From positions 76,892 to 140,891 of the forward strand of contig CAWBVQ010000003.1 of NCBI GenBank assembly GCA_963792275.1: 64,000 bases of DNA, written 5' to 3'. A program made the position numbers and the translations under genes. Origin of the DNA: an uncultured delta proteobacterium (lineage in GTDB: Bacteria; Myxococcota; Myxococcia; Myxococcales; 40CM-4-68-19). Shown piece by piece: positions 17,571 to 27,154 of the stretch (positions within the stretch are counted from its first letter, which is position 1; every line of letters starts with the position of its first letter). The notes under the pieces are model-generated. The model was not told the DNA's origin and made no database searches. It saw nothing but the letters and a program-made list of their open reading frames with translations.

Positions 17571-18596
17571 TCACTTGGGCGGCGCGGCCTCCTCCTCGTC
17601 GGGTTCGTCCGGCTCTTCGGCTGCCGGCGGCGCGGCGCCCGGCGACTTGCCGAGGAACCGGAGCGGGTCCTTCACCGCGTGCGGCACGGTGGTCTCCGGC
17701 TCGAACGCCGGCGCCTTCAGCCCGGGGTCCTTGCCGATGGCGCTGGTCACGAGCACCGTGTGCAGGTCCAACTCGGCCGCGGGGCCGTTGCTGTTGCCCG
17801 GCACCTTGAAATGGCCCTGCAGGTCGCAGGCGAGCGGCGCTGCGGTGGCGGCATCCACGATCACCGTCCCCGAGACGCGCGACGGCTCCTCCTTCTCCCA
17901 CAGCTCCAGCCTGCGCGCAGTGTCGGGATCCACCTTGTCGTCCGGGTATTGCACCGGCGGCAGATCCGTCCGCTCCTGCCGCGAGGGCCGCGCGCCGAAT
18001 CCCGTCACCTCGTAGCGCACCACCCGCCGTCCCTCGGAGGTGGTCGCGCCGGCGTTCTTGAGCTTGAGGCCGCGGGCAAGCCGGTCGAAGGTGGCGAGCC
18101 CGGACATGGCCTGCTCGCGCACGCGCGGCGGGTCGCTGCGGTCGGTGCGGCGCTTGTGGAAGGGACCATAGAGGCTCTTCACGAAGACCTCGCCCTTCAC
18201 CCAGACCAGCTCCAGCCCCTGGTTGTGATCGTTGGCGAGGCGCACCGAGAAGTCGTCTCCCGGGCCGTCCTGGAGCGTGGTCTCTTCCGAGAGCGAGACT
18301 TCCGATCCGCCGTCCGGCAACCCGGGGCCGCGGAACCAGGCGAACTGCACCCGCTGCTGCGCCTTGTGCGGCCCGAGCCGCTGCGCCACCTCCGACTGCG
18401 GCATCTGCAGCACCCGCTCCGCGACTTGCGGCTGGGTTTCGAGGCCCGCCGCGTCCAGCGCCTCCCGGGCCTGGGCCGAGCCTCCCGCCGACTCCTGCTG
18501 CTGCGAGAAGATGCGCTGCCGCGCAGCCTTGTCCTCCTCGCTGCGCTTGCAGGAGGCGAGCAGCAGGAGGGCCAGGAGCGACGCGGTTCTGCGCAT
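17571..18596 (-). CDS. Hypothetical lipoprotein (341 aa) with an acidic Pro/Glu-rich C-terminus
   Basis: MRRTASLLALLLLASCKRSEE has a signal peptide plus lipobox. The ORF is intact with sensible composition. No domain recognised. The tail is ...AAPPAAEEPDEPDEEEAAPPK*. Confidence 0.65.
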   Translation of the reverse strand: MRRTASLLALLLLASCKRSEEDKAARQRIFSQQQESAGGSAQAREALDAAGLETQPQVAERVLQMPQSEVAQRLGPHKAQQRVQFAWFRGPGLPDGGSEVSLSEETTLQDGPGDDFSVRLANDHNQGLELVWVKGEVFVKSLYGPFHKRRTDRSDPPRVREQAMSGLATFDRLARGLKLKNAGATTSEGRRVVRYEVTGFGARPSRQERTDLPPVQYPDDKVDPDTARRLELWEKEEPSRVSGTVIVDAATAAPLACDLQGHFKVPGNSNGPAAELDLHTVLVTSAIGKDPGLKAPAFEPETTVPHAVKDPLRFLGKSPGAAPPAAEEPDEPDEEEAAPPK

Positions 18597-18747
18597 GAGG
18601 GGCGGGAACTTACCGACCACGGCACTGTCCCGCAACGGATCAGGATCGCAAACCCGGCCGGTGACCCCAAGTCCCGCACGCTGACGCGCACGCGCACCCG
18701 CAGCCGCACCCGATCCCGCGAGCGCACCTCGCGAGTCCCCCGCCCTC

Positions 18748-19287
18748 TCATCCCCAAAGCGCGTGCGCGATGATCACCGATGCGGTCAGGCCGGTGAAGT
18801 CAGCCAGCAGCCCTGCCGCGAGCGCGTGGCGATAGCGGACGATGCCCACCGATCCGCAGTAGACGCTGAGCACGTAGAAGGTGGTCTCGGTGGAGCCCTG
18901 CAGCACCGACCCGAGCCTCCCCGCGTAGGAGTCCGGGCCGAGCCCCGGCGTCGCGAAGATGTTGCCGAGCAATCCCAGCGCTCCCGACCCGGAGAGCGGC
19001 CGCACCAGCGCCATCGGCAGCACTTCCGCGGGCAGCCCGAGCGGCCCGGTGACCGGCGCCAGCACCTTGGCCAGCGCGTCCATTGCGCCCGCGCCGCGGA
19101 ACGCCCCCACCGCCGCGAGGATGGCGACGAGAAAGGGGATGATGCGCACGGCGACGTTGAAGCCTTCCTTGGCTCCTTCCACGAACGCCTCGTACACCTT
19201 GACGCCCTTCACCCAGCCGTAGAGCGGAATGCCGACGAGCAGGAGGATGACCACCCAGCTCGAGGCGATTTCGAGCGCGTGCCTCAT
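18748..19287 (-). CDS. spmB: Spore maturation protein B-like (nucleoside-recognition/Gate domain membrane protein)
   Basis: 179-aa membrane protein (WVVILLLVGIPLYGWVKGVKVYEAFVEGAKEGF...VRPLSGSGALGLL...STETTFYVLSVY). Its ATG overlaps the spmA stop (ATGA). Confidence 0.75.
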   Translation of the reverse strand: MRHALEIASSWVVILLLVGIPLYGWVKGVKVYEAFVEGAKEGFNVAVRIIPFLVAILAAVGAFRGAGAMDALAKVLAPVTGPLGLPAEVLPMALVRPLSGSGALGLLGNIFATPGLGPDSYAGRLGSVLQGSTETTFYVLSVYCGSVGIVRYRHALAAGLLADFTGLTASVIIAHALWG

Positions 19288-19868
19288 TTCCACACCCGCT
19301 CGAGCAGCTTCGCGGAGACGATGGCGACGACCAGGGCGCAGAGCGTCGACATCAGCGTGGGCAGGAGGATGCCCGCGGGGTCGGAGGAATGCGCCGAGGC
19401 GCGCAGCGCGATGACGGTGGTGGGGACGAGCTGCAGCGAGGCGGTGTTGATGGCGAGGAAGAGCACCTGCGCGTTGGTGGCGGTGCCCGGGACGCGGTTG
19501 AACTTCTCCAGCTCCTCCATCGCCTTGATGCCGAAGGGCGTGGCGGCGTTTCCCAGCCCGAGCATGTTGGCGGCGATGTTGAGCAGCATCGCCGAGAGCG
19601 CGCGGTCTCCCGACGCATCCGCGGGGATGCCCGGGAAGAGCGGGCGGAAGATGGGCCGCACCGCGCGCGCGAGCTTCTCCACCAGCCCGGCCTTCTCCGC
19701 GATGCGCATCAGCCCGAGCCACAGCGCCATCACGCCGATGAGCCCGATGGCCAGCGTCACGCCCTGGGACGCGCCGTCGAAGGCGCCCTGGCCCACGGCC
19801 TTCACGTCGCCGCGCACGGCGCCCGCGAGCGCCGCGGCGACGAGGAGCAGCACGAACACGAGGTTCAT
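19284..19868 (-). CDS. spmA: Spore maturation protein A-like (nucleoside-recognition domain membrane protein)
   Basis: 194 aa: MNLVFVLLLV...GVTLAIGLIGVMALWLGLMRIAEKAGLVEKLARAVRPIFRPLFPGIP...NIAANMLGLGNAATPFGIKAME. Confidence 0.75.
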   Translation of the reverse strand: MNLVFVLLLVAAALAGAVRGDVKAVGQGAFDGASQGVTLAIGLIGVMALWLGLMRIAEKAGLVEKLARAVRPIFRPLFPGIPADASGDRALSAMLLNIAANMLGLGNAATPFGIKAMEELEKFNRVPGTATNAQVLFLAINTASLQLVPTTVIALRASAHSSDPAGILLPTLMSTLCALVVAIVSAKLLERVWK

Positions 19869-19982
19869 GGGCGCAATTGATACCGCGCGCGCGAGGTTTG
19901 GAAAGGTTTCCGCTCCTTGACCCCATGCGGCACGCGTGCTACTCGCGCGCCCTCTCTGTCGATTTTCCTGGAGCCCACAGGC

Positions 19983-22034
19983 ATGCTTCGCTCGCTCTGC
20001 CTCGCCGCTGCAATCAGCTTCTCCGCCGGCGCTCTAGCCCAGACCCCGCCCGCTCCGAAGCCGAAGACGAAGGCGAAGCGGCCGCCGCACAACCCGTCGG
20101 CGGACGAGGCGCAGGCTCCTGCGACTTCCACCAGCACCGGGCAGCAGGGCACGATTGCGGCTCCGCAAACTTCGCAGCCGGCCGCCGCCGGCGCCGCAGC
20201 GCAGACGCAGACGCCGGCGCCCGCGACTGCCCCTGCATCACCCGCTCCGGCGACCGCGACCAGCCCCACCGGGGCGGGAAAGTTCGATCAGGAAGAGTTC
20301 CGCCGCCAGGTGATGGAAGAGGTGCGCCGCGAGCTGCAGAAGACCAAGGACGAGGTGAAGCAGGAGACGGCGTGGGTGGAGCAGGATTCCCAGGCGCGCG
20401 TGCAGGACAGCGAGGCGGTGGAGTCGCTCAAGCAGCGGGTCAACCTCTTCCAGCCCCACGGCTACCTGCGCCTGCGCGGCGAGTTCTTCCACGGCATGGA
20501 CCTGGGCCGAGGGGCCGATCCGTCGGGCAACTTCCTCTTTCCCGGCCCCTTCATCGGCACCGGCGGCAACAACAGCCAGTCCGACGCGAACTTCCGCTTC
20601 CGCTTCGAGCCCACCCTGGAGGTGAGCGAGGACCTCTCCATCCACTTCCAGGCGGACATCCTCGACAACGTGCTGCTCGGCTCCTCGCCGGTGACCGACG
20701 CATACCTGGACCCGTTCACGCCGCTCTCCGTCCTCTCCACCCGTCGCGGCGAGGGCACCGTCAACGTCAAGCGGGTCTGGGGCCGCGTCAACACGCAGCT
20801 CGGCGAGTTCCTCTTCGGGCGCATGGGCGACCACTGGGGCCTCGGCATCCTCCACAACGACGGCAACTGCCTGGACTGCGACTACGGCGACACCTACGAC
20901 CGCATCGCCTTCGCGCCCCGCGAATTCAAGGGCCACCACTTCGCGCTCCTCTTCGACATCCTCGACAAGGGCGCCACCACCACCGGCGTGAAGGGGGAGC
21001 TGGGCCGCAGCGTGGACCTGGACACGCTCGACGACGGCTACCGCATCGCCCTCGAGATCACCAAGCTGGACACTCCCGAGGAGATCAAGCGCAAGCTCGA
21101 CAACAACCAGTGGGTCGTCAACTACGGGCTGCTCGGCGACTATCGCGTCCAGGCCTGGGACACGCCGGTGACGGTGCTCGACGCGGGAAATCCGCGCGCC
21201 AACGTGGTGCGACGCGCGGCGAAATTCTACCAGCCCGACGGCTTCCTCTCCCTCAAGCGGAAGAAGTGGCGCCTCGACGCGGAGCTCGCCTTCAACATCG
21301 GCAGCGTGGGCACGCACCAGCAGACCGACTTCGACCCCGCCGGCAGCGGCCTCGACGCCGGGACGCTCGCGCTGATCACCGCGCCGGTGAACTTCTTCCA
21401 GGTTGGCGGCGCGCTGCAGACCGACGTCGCGCTCCTCTCCAACGACGCGCTGCTCTTCGGCCTCGAGTACGGCGCGGCTTCGGGGGACAAGGGCGCCTTC
21501 GGATTCGGCGCGCGGCCCTGGCGCAGCGGCTCCGGCGCGCCCCAGCGCGTGGCGGCCGGCGAGCAGCCGTTCCGCGCCGCGGGCCTCGGCGACATCGACG
21601 GCACGCACCTCGACTTCTCCGACCCGGCGCACACCCACGGGCGCATCAACAACTTCATCTTCAACCGCTCCTTCAACGTGGACATGATCCTCTTCCGCAA
21701 CCTGATCACCTCGGTGACCTCGGCCTGGTACCTGAAGCCCTCGATGCGCTACCGGCCCACCGGCCGCAAGACGGGCGGCGGCGACGACACCGGGTTCGAG
21801 CTGCTCCTGGCGATGATCTACTCGCAGGCCTGGTACATCGAGAACACGCCGGGGCAGGCGCGCCCGCTCGGCCTCGAGTTCAACGCCGGCATCACCTACG
21901 ACACCTCCGACCGGTTCCACGCCGGGCTCGCCTATGGGCTGCTCGTCCCCTTCGACGGGTTGCGCAACCAGCTCACCGGCCAGAGCCCCTCGGTCGCGCA
22001 CGCGGTGCGGATGATCCTCGCGATTCCCTTCTAG
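19983..22034 (+). CDS. Outer-membrane beta-barrel protein (TIGR04551-like, Myxococcales type) with a long low-complexity/coiled N-terminal extension
   Basis: Signal peptide MLRSLCLAAAISFSAGALAQ. A P/A/T/Q-rich tract spans about 20040-20280. A charged helical stretch follows (KFDQEEFRRQVMEEVRRELQKTKDEVKQE). The rest has alternating beta-strand character and ends ...VRMILAIPF* with the terminal Phe typical of OM barrels. Confidence 0.6.
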   Translation: MLRSLCLAAAISFSAGALAQTPPAPKPKTKAKRPPHNPSADEAQAPATSTSTGQQGTIAAPQTSQPAAAGAAAQTQTPAPATAPASPAPATATSPTGAGKFDQEEFRRQVMEEVRRELQKTKDEVKQETAWVEQDSQARVQDSEAVESLKQRVNLFQPHGYLRLRGEFFHGMDLGRGADPSGNFLFPGPFIGTGGNNSQSDANFRFRFEPTLEVSEDLSIHFQADILDNVLLGSSPVTDAYLDPFTPLSVLSTRRGEGTVNVKRVWGRVNTQLGEFLFGRMGDHWGLGILHNDGNCLDCDYGDTYDRIAFAPREFKGHHFALLFDILDKGATTTGVKGELGRSVDLDTLDDGYRIALEITKLDTPEEIKRKLDNNQWVVNYGLLGDYRVQAWDTPVTVLDAGNPRANVVRRAAKFYQPDGFLSLKRKKWRLDAELAFNIGSVGTHQQTDFDPAGSGLDAGTLALITAPVNFFQVGGALQTDVALLSNDALLFGLEYGAASGDKGAFGFGARPWRSGSGAPQRVAAGEQPFRAAGLGDIDGTHLDFSDPAHTHGRINNFIFNRSFNVDMILFRNLITSVTSAWYLKPSMRYRPTGRKTGGGDDTGFELLLAMIYSQAWYIENTPGQARPLGLEFNAGITYDTSDRFHAGLAYGLLVPFDGLRNQLTGQSPSVAHAVRMILAIPF

Positions 22035-22075
22035 TGGGCGCCCCGCCCGGGTCCAGGCACCAGGGAGGCAGAAGG

Positions 22076-22210
22076 ATGATCCGGCGCCTCGTCCGCGCCC
22101 TGCTCGTGCTCGCCACCTCCACGCTGGTGGTCTGCGGCGTCAAGGGCCCGCCGCGGCCTCCTGCCCCCGAAGCAGCGGATGCCGGCGTCGCCGACGGGGG
22201 AGCGCGGTGA
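22076..22210 (+). CDS. lptM: Small lipoprotein, LptM (YifL)-like (44 aa)
   Basis: MIRRLVRALLVLATSTLVVCGVKGPPRPP has a lipobox followed by CG.KGP, as in E. coli YifL/LptM (LTGCGLKGPLYFPP). Its position directly upstream of lysA is typical. Its stop overlaps the lysA GTG (GTGA). Confidence 0.55.
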   Translation: MIRRLVRALLVLATSTLVVCGVKGPPRPPAPEAADAGVADGGAR

Positions 22211-23455
22211 ACCATTTCCAGCGCCGCAGGGGCCAGCTGTGCTGCGAGGAGGTGCCGCTCTCCGAGCTGGCCGAGGAGGTGGGCACCCCCGCTTACGTCT
22301 ACTCCACCGCCACGCTGCTGCGGCACGCGCGCGTCTTCCGGTCCGCCCTGCGCGGCCTCGATGCGCTGGCCTGCTTCGCGGTGAAGTCCGCCCCCAATCT
22401 GGCCATCCTCTCGCTGCTCGCGCGCGAAGGGTTCGGCTTCGACATCGTCTCGGGCGGCGAGCTGTTCCGGGCGCTGCAGGCCGGCGGAGATCCGCGGCGC
22501 ATCGTCTTCTCCGGCGTGGGCAAGCGGGCCGAGGAAATGGCCGCTGCGCTCGACGCGGGCATCCTCATGTTCAACTGCGAGAGCGAGGAAGAGCTGGAGC
22601 AGCTCTCGCGGGTGGCGGTGAGGAAGAAGGCCGTGGCCAGCGTGGCGCTGCGCGTGAACCCGGCGGTGGACGCGCGAACCCATCCCTACATCGCCACCGC
22701 GCTTTCGACCAGCAAGTTCGGCGTGCCGGCGGCGCGCGTGCGCAAGGCGTACCGGCTGGCGGCGTCGCTGCCAGGGGCTGCGCGTCGGCGGCGTTGCTTG
22801 TCACATCGGCTCGCAGATCCAGTCGGTGAAGCCCTTCGTCGCCGCGGCGGAGAAGATGCGGGCGCTGGTGCTGCAGCTTCGCGACGACGGCCACGACATC
22901 CAGCGCCTCGACATGGGCGGCGGACTGGGAGTGCCGTACGGAGACGGGCCTGAGCCCGCCTCGCCACGAGATTACGGCGAGGCGCTGGTGCGCGCGCTGC
23001 GGGGACTCGCCGTCCAGGTCCTGCTCGAGCCGGGGCGCCTTCTCGTGGCCAACGCGGGAGTGCTGCTCTCGCGCGTCCTCTTGCGCAAGCAGGGCCACGG
23101 CGCGCGCAAGTTCGTGGTCATCGACGCCGGCATGAACGACCTGATGCGTCCCGCGCTCTACGGCGCGCACCACGAGGTGGAGCCGGTGGGAAAGCCCCGC
23201 CGGGGCGCGGAGGTGGTGGACGTGGTCGGCCCGGTCTGCGAGAGCGCGGACGTGATGGCGAGACGGCGGAGGCTCGCGCCGCTGGCCGCGGGGGATCTGG
23301 TCGTGCTGCGCACCGCCGGCGCCTATGGCATGTCGATGGCCTCGCAGTACAACGCGCGCCCCCGCCCGGCGGAGGTCCTGGTCTCCGGCCGCTCCTGGCG
23401 GGTGATTCGCTCGCGCGAGAGTTATAAGGACCTGGTCCGCGGCGAGTCGCCGTAG
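22207..23455 (+). pseudogene. lysA: Diaminopimelate decarboxylase; frame break near 22776
   Basis: GTPAYVYSTATLLRHARVFRSAL...CFAVKSAPNLAILSLLAREGFGFDIVSGGEL...SKFGV. After the shift it reads LRVGGVACHIGSQIQSVKPF...LDMGGGLGVPY...LEPGRLLVANAGVLL...DAGMNDLMRPALYGAHHE...VVGPVCESADV...TAGAYGMSMASQYNARPRPAEVLV. Confidence 0.9.
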
Positions 23456-23537
23456 GAGGTTCCCGGGCCTGCCCGTAGGGGCTTTGCCCGGAGCAGGGCG
23501 GAGGGCGGAGCCCGTAGCATTGGAGAAGGAGGCACGG

Positions 23538-24422
23538 ATGGGCAAGCTGCGCGGCTCGATGGTGGCCCTGGTCACGCCGTTCCGGAACGGCGCCGTGGAC
23601 GAGGAGGCGCTGCGCGCGCTCGCCCGCTGGCAGATCGAGAAGGGCACCGATGCGCTGGTGCCCTGCGGCACCACGGGGGAGGGAGCCACGCTCTCCGCCG
23701 AGGAGCAGTTCAAGGTGGTGCGCGCCTGCGTCGAGGAGGCGCGCGGCCGCGTTCCGGTGATCGCGGGCTGCGGCACCAACGACACCCGCAAGACCATCGA
23801 GAACGCGCAGCGGGTGAAGGAGGCCGGCGCCGACTACGCGCTGGTGGTGACGCCCTACTACAACAAGCCGCCCCCCGAAGGCCTCTTCCGCCACTTCGAG
23901 GCGGTGGCGAAGCAGGGCGGGCTGCCGCTGGTGCTCTACAACGTGCCCTCCCGCACCTCGGTGGACATGCTCCCGGACACCATCGCCCGCTGCGCCCGGG
24001 TCCCCGGCATCGTCGCCGTCAAGGAGGCCAGCGGCAGCGTGGTGCGCGTGGCGGACATCCTCGCCCAGGGCGTGCCCAAGGACTTCTCCATCCTCGCGGG
24101 CGACGACATGTTCACGCTGCCCACGCTGGCCAGCGGCGGCGACGGCGTGATCAGCGTGGTCGGCAACGTCGCCCCGGGCGATCTGGCCGGCCTCGTCGAC
24201 GCGTTCTTCAAAGGCGACCTGGCGGCGGCGCAAGCGGCGCAGGTGAAGTTCAGCGCGCTCGTCAAGGCGATGTTCTGCGAGACCAATCCGCTGCCGGTGA
24301 AGCACGCGCTCTTCCGCATGGGCCGCATCGCTCCCGAGCTGCGGCTGCCGCTCGTGCCCATCTCGGAAGCGGGCGCCGCGAAGGTGGATGCGGCGCTGCG
24401 CGCGTACGGCGGGCTGCTTTGA
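23538..24422 (+). CDS. dapA: 4-hydroxy-tetrahydrodipicolinate synthase
   Basis: Intact. GSMVALVTPF, LVPCGTTGEGATLSAEEQ, VIAGCGTNDT, ALVVTPYYNKP, LYNVPSRT, VAVKEASG. An RBS-like GGAGAAGGAGG lies upstream. Confidence 0.92.
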   Translation: MGKLRGSMVALVTPFRNGAVDEEALRALARWQIEKGTDALVPCGTTGEGATLSAEEQFKVVRACVEEARGRVPVIAGCGTNDTRKTIENAQRVKEAGADYALVVTPYYNKPPPEGLFRHFEAVAKQGGLPLVLYNVPSRTSVDMLPDTIARCARVPGIVAVKEASGSVVRVADILAQGVPKDFSILAGDDMFTLPTLASGGDGVISVVGNVAPGDLAGLVDAFFKGDLAAAQAAQVKFSALVKAMFCETNPLPVKHALFRMGRIAPELRLPLVPISEAGAAKVDAALRAYGGLL

Positions 24423-25205
24423 TTCGCGCTGCCGTCGCCGGCGCCGCGGGCAGGATGGGCTCGCGCGTCCTCGCGGCGCTGCGCGCGGAGAAGGACTTCG
24501 CCATCGCCGGCGCGTTCGAGCGTCCCGACAGCGACCAGGTGGGCCGCACCATCGAGGGCGCCACCGTGTCGGCGGGCATCGAAGAGGCGCTGCAGGCCGG
24601 CGCGGACGTGGTCATCGACTTCACCGCCCCGGCCGCCTCGGTGCAGCACGCCCGCGCCTGCGCTGCCAGGGGCGTGGGCCTGGTCGTCGGCACCACCGGG
24701 CTGTCGCCCGAGCAGAAGGCGGAGCTGGCGGCGGCCGCGAAGCGCATTCCGCTCCTGCTCGCGCCGAACATGAGCGTCGGCGTCAACGTGCTCTTCCGGC
24801 TGGTGGGCGAAGCGGCGCGCGCGCTGGGCAGCGGCTACGAGGTGGAGATCGTGGAGATGCACCACCGCATGAAGCGCGACGCTCCCTCCGGCACCGCGTT
24901 GCGGCTCGCCGAGGTGGCCGCCAAGCGCGCTGGATCTCGACGCGCGCGCAGCCGCGGTCTACGAGCGGCACGGCGACACCGGCGCGCGCAAGGCCGGCAG
25001 CATCGGCCTGCAGGCGCTGCGCGGCGGCGACGTGGTGGGCGACCACACCGTCTATTTCCTCGCGGACGGCGAGCGCCTGGAGTTGACGCACCGGGCGACG
25101 AGTCGCGACAACTTCGCCCGCGGGGCCGTCAGGGCCGCGCGTTTCGTCGCCAGGAACAAGCCGGGGCTGTACGACATGCAGGACGCATTGGGGTTCCGCA
25201 CATGA
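24419..25205 (+). pseudogene. dapB: 4-hydroxy-tetrahydrodipicolinate reductase; frame break near 24925
   Basis: The TTG start overlaps the dapA stop. MIRAAVAGAAGRMGSRV...DVVIDFTAP...VVGTTGL...APNMSVGVNVLF...[19 protein letters not shown]. After the shift it reads [68 protein letters not shown]...*. Confidence 0.9.
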
Positions 25206-25979
25206 CGCAGATCGCGCGCTATCTGGGGCAGGACGGGGAAATCCTCGAAGGGGTGGTGGAGGGCGGCGAGATCCAGGAGATCTCCGGCCTCGACTCGATG
25301 CTCAAGGGAGGCCGCAGGGTCGGCCAGAAGAGGCCGCTCGCCCAGGTGCAGCTCATGCCCTGGGGCGTGGGCCGCAAGGTGGTGGGCGTGGGCAAGAACT
25401 ACGTCGACCACGCCAAGGAGCTGGCCAGCGAGGTGCCGAAGGAGCCGCTGCTCCTGATGAAGCCCACCAGCGCCCTGATCGGGCACGGGCAGCCCATCAT
25501 CCTGCCCCCGCAGTCGGTCTCGCGCGAGGTGCACCACGAGGCCGAGCTGGCGGTGGTGATCGGCCAGCGGCTGCGCCGCGCCTCGGAGGACGAGTGCAGC
25601 GAAGGGCGTCGCCGGCGTCACCTGCCTCAACGACGTCACCGCGCGCGACATGCAGCGGCGCGAGGTGCAGTGGACGCGCGCCAAGGGATTCGACAGCTTC
25701 TGCCCGGTGGGGCCCTGGGTCTCGGTGGGCCTGGACTGGTCCAACCTGCGCGTGCAGTGCCGCGTGAACGGCGCCGTCAAGCAGGACGGACGCACCAAGG
25801 ACCAGGTCTTCCCGGTGCCCGTGCTGCTGGCCTTCATCTCGGCGGGAATGACGCTGGAGCCGGGCGACGTGGTGACCACCGGCACCCCCGCCGGCGTGGG
25901 CCCCATCCGCGCCGGAGACACGGTGGAGATCGAGGTGGAAGGCGTGGGCGTCCTCCGGAACGAGGTCAGGGCCGAGTGA
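25202..25979 (+). pseudogene. Fumarylacetoacetate hydrolase (FAH)-family protein; frame break near 25600
   Basis: The ATG overlaps the dapB stop (ATGA). KVVGVGKNYVDHAKE...PLLLMKPTSALIGHGQPIILP...VHHEAELAVVIG. After the shift it reads GVAGVTCLNDVTARDMQ...WTRAKGFDSFCPVGPW...MTLEPGDVVTTGTPAGVGP. Confidence 0.8.
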
Positions 25980-27113
25980 AACCGCCGCTCAATCCACTCT
26001 TGCCGCGGCTCGCGGGCTACCTCCAGGAGAAGGCCAACGCGCAGCGCGAGGCCGCGGTGCGGTCCGGCCGCCCGGTCTACGACTTCGGCATCGGCGATCC
26101 GCGCGAGCCCACCCCGGAGCTGATCCGCAAGGCGCTGCGCGACGCCGTGCCGGAGGTGTCGCAATACCCCTCCATCGCCGGCACGCCTGCGCTGCGCAAG
26201 GCGGCCGCCGGCTATCTGCAGCGCCGTTTTGGCGTCTCCATCGACCCGGAGCGCGAGCTCTTGCCCTGCGCCGGGGCGAAGGAGGCGCTCTTCCACCTGC
26301 CGCTCTGCGCCGCGCATCCGGACCGGCCGCTCTGCTGGTATCCCGACCCGGCCTATCCGGTCTACCAGCGCGCCATCCTCTTCGCCGGAGCGACGCCGCG
26401 CACCTATCCGCTGCGCGCCGAGCGCAACTTCCTCCCCGACCTCGACGCCATCTCCGCGGCCGACTGGCGCAAGACCAGCCTCTGGTTCGACTGCTACCCG
26501 CACAATCCGACCGGCGCCGGCGCGCCGCGCTCGCACCACGAGAAGCTGGCCAGCCTGGCCAGGGAGCACGGCTTCCTCGTCGTCTGCGACGAGCCCTACG
26601 TCGACCTCTACGTGGGAACGCCGCCGCACTCGGCGCTGCAGGTCGCGCGCGAGAACCTGATCGTCGTCCACTCGCTCTCCAAGCGCAGCGGCATGACCGG
26701 GTACCGCAGCGGCTTCATCGCCGGAGACGCGGAGATCATGCGCTGGCTGCGCGATGCGCGCGCCAACTTCGGCGTGGCCTCGCAGTCGTTCATCCAGGAG
26801 GCCGCCATCGCCGCCTGGAACGACGACGCCCACGTGCGAGGCGCGCAGGAAGGTCTTCGCCGACAAGCGCGACGTGCTGCTCGCGCACCTGCGCAGGCTC
26901 GGGCTCCAGGTCGGAGGCGAGGGCGCCTTCTACCTCTGGGTGCGCGTGCCCGACGGCGAGACCAGCGAGAGCTACGCGGCGCGCCTGGCGGAACGGAACA
27001 TCCTGGTGGTGCCCGGCACGCAGTTCGGCGGCGAAGGCAAGGGCTTCATCCGCCTCGCCATGGTGCCCACCCTCGCCGACTGCCGCGCCGCCGTGGCGCT
27101 CTGGCCCGCCTGA
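25976..27113 (+). pseudogene. dapC: Class I aminotransferase, probable N-succinyl-L,L-diaminopimelate aminotransferase; frame break near 26836
   Basis: The GTG overlaps the FAH stop (GTGA). DFGIGDPREPTP, YPSIAGTPALRKAAAGYL, YPHNPTGA, CDEPYVDLY and the PLP-lysine motif HSLSKRSGMTGYRSGF. After the shift it reads RRKVFADKRDVLLAHLRRLGL...FYLWVRVP...GFIRLAMVP. The DapC role is inferred from its position between dapB and dapD/dapE. Confidence 0.7.
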
Positions 27114-27154
27114 GCGCGTTGGCCGCTGCGGCTTGTGCTAGCGTCTCGCGCCGC

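Noticed and set aside
18640-18745. A CGCAC/CCGCA-rich low-complexity stretch between the lipoprotein gene and spmB as a possible repeat element or sRNA
   Set aside because: It contains only short, imperfect motif reiterations, with no defined unit, hairpin or conserved structure that I could support.
22035-23537. A lysine riboswitch (L-box) upstream of lysA or dapA
   Set aside because: The available untranslated spacers are only 41 nt (22035-22075) and 82 nt (23456-23537). These are too short for an L-box, and no conserved L-box helices were seen.
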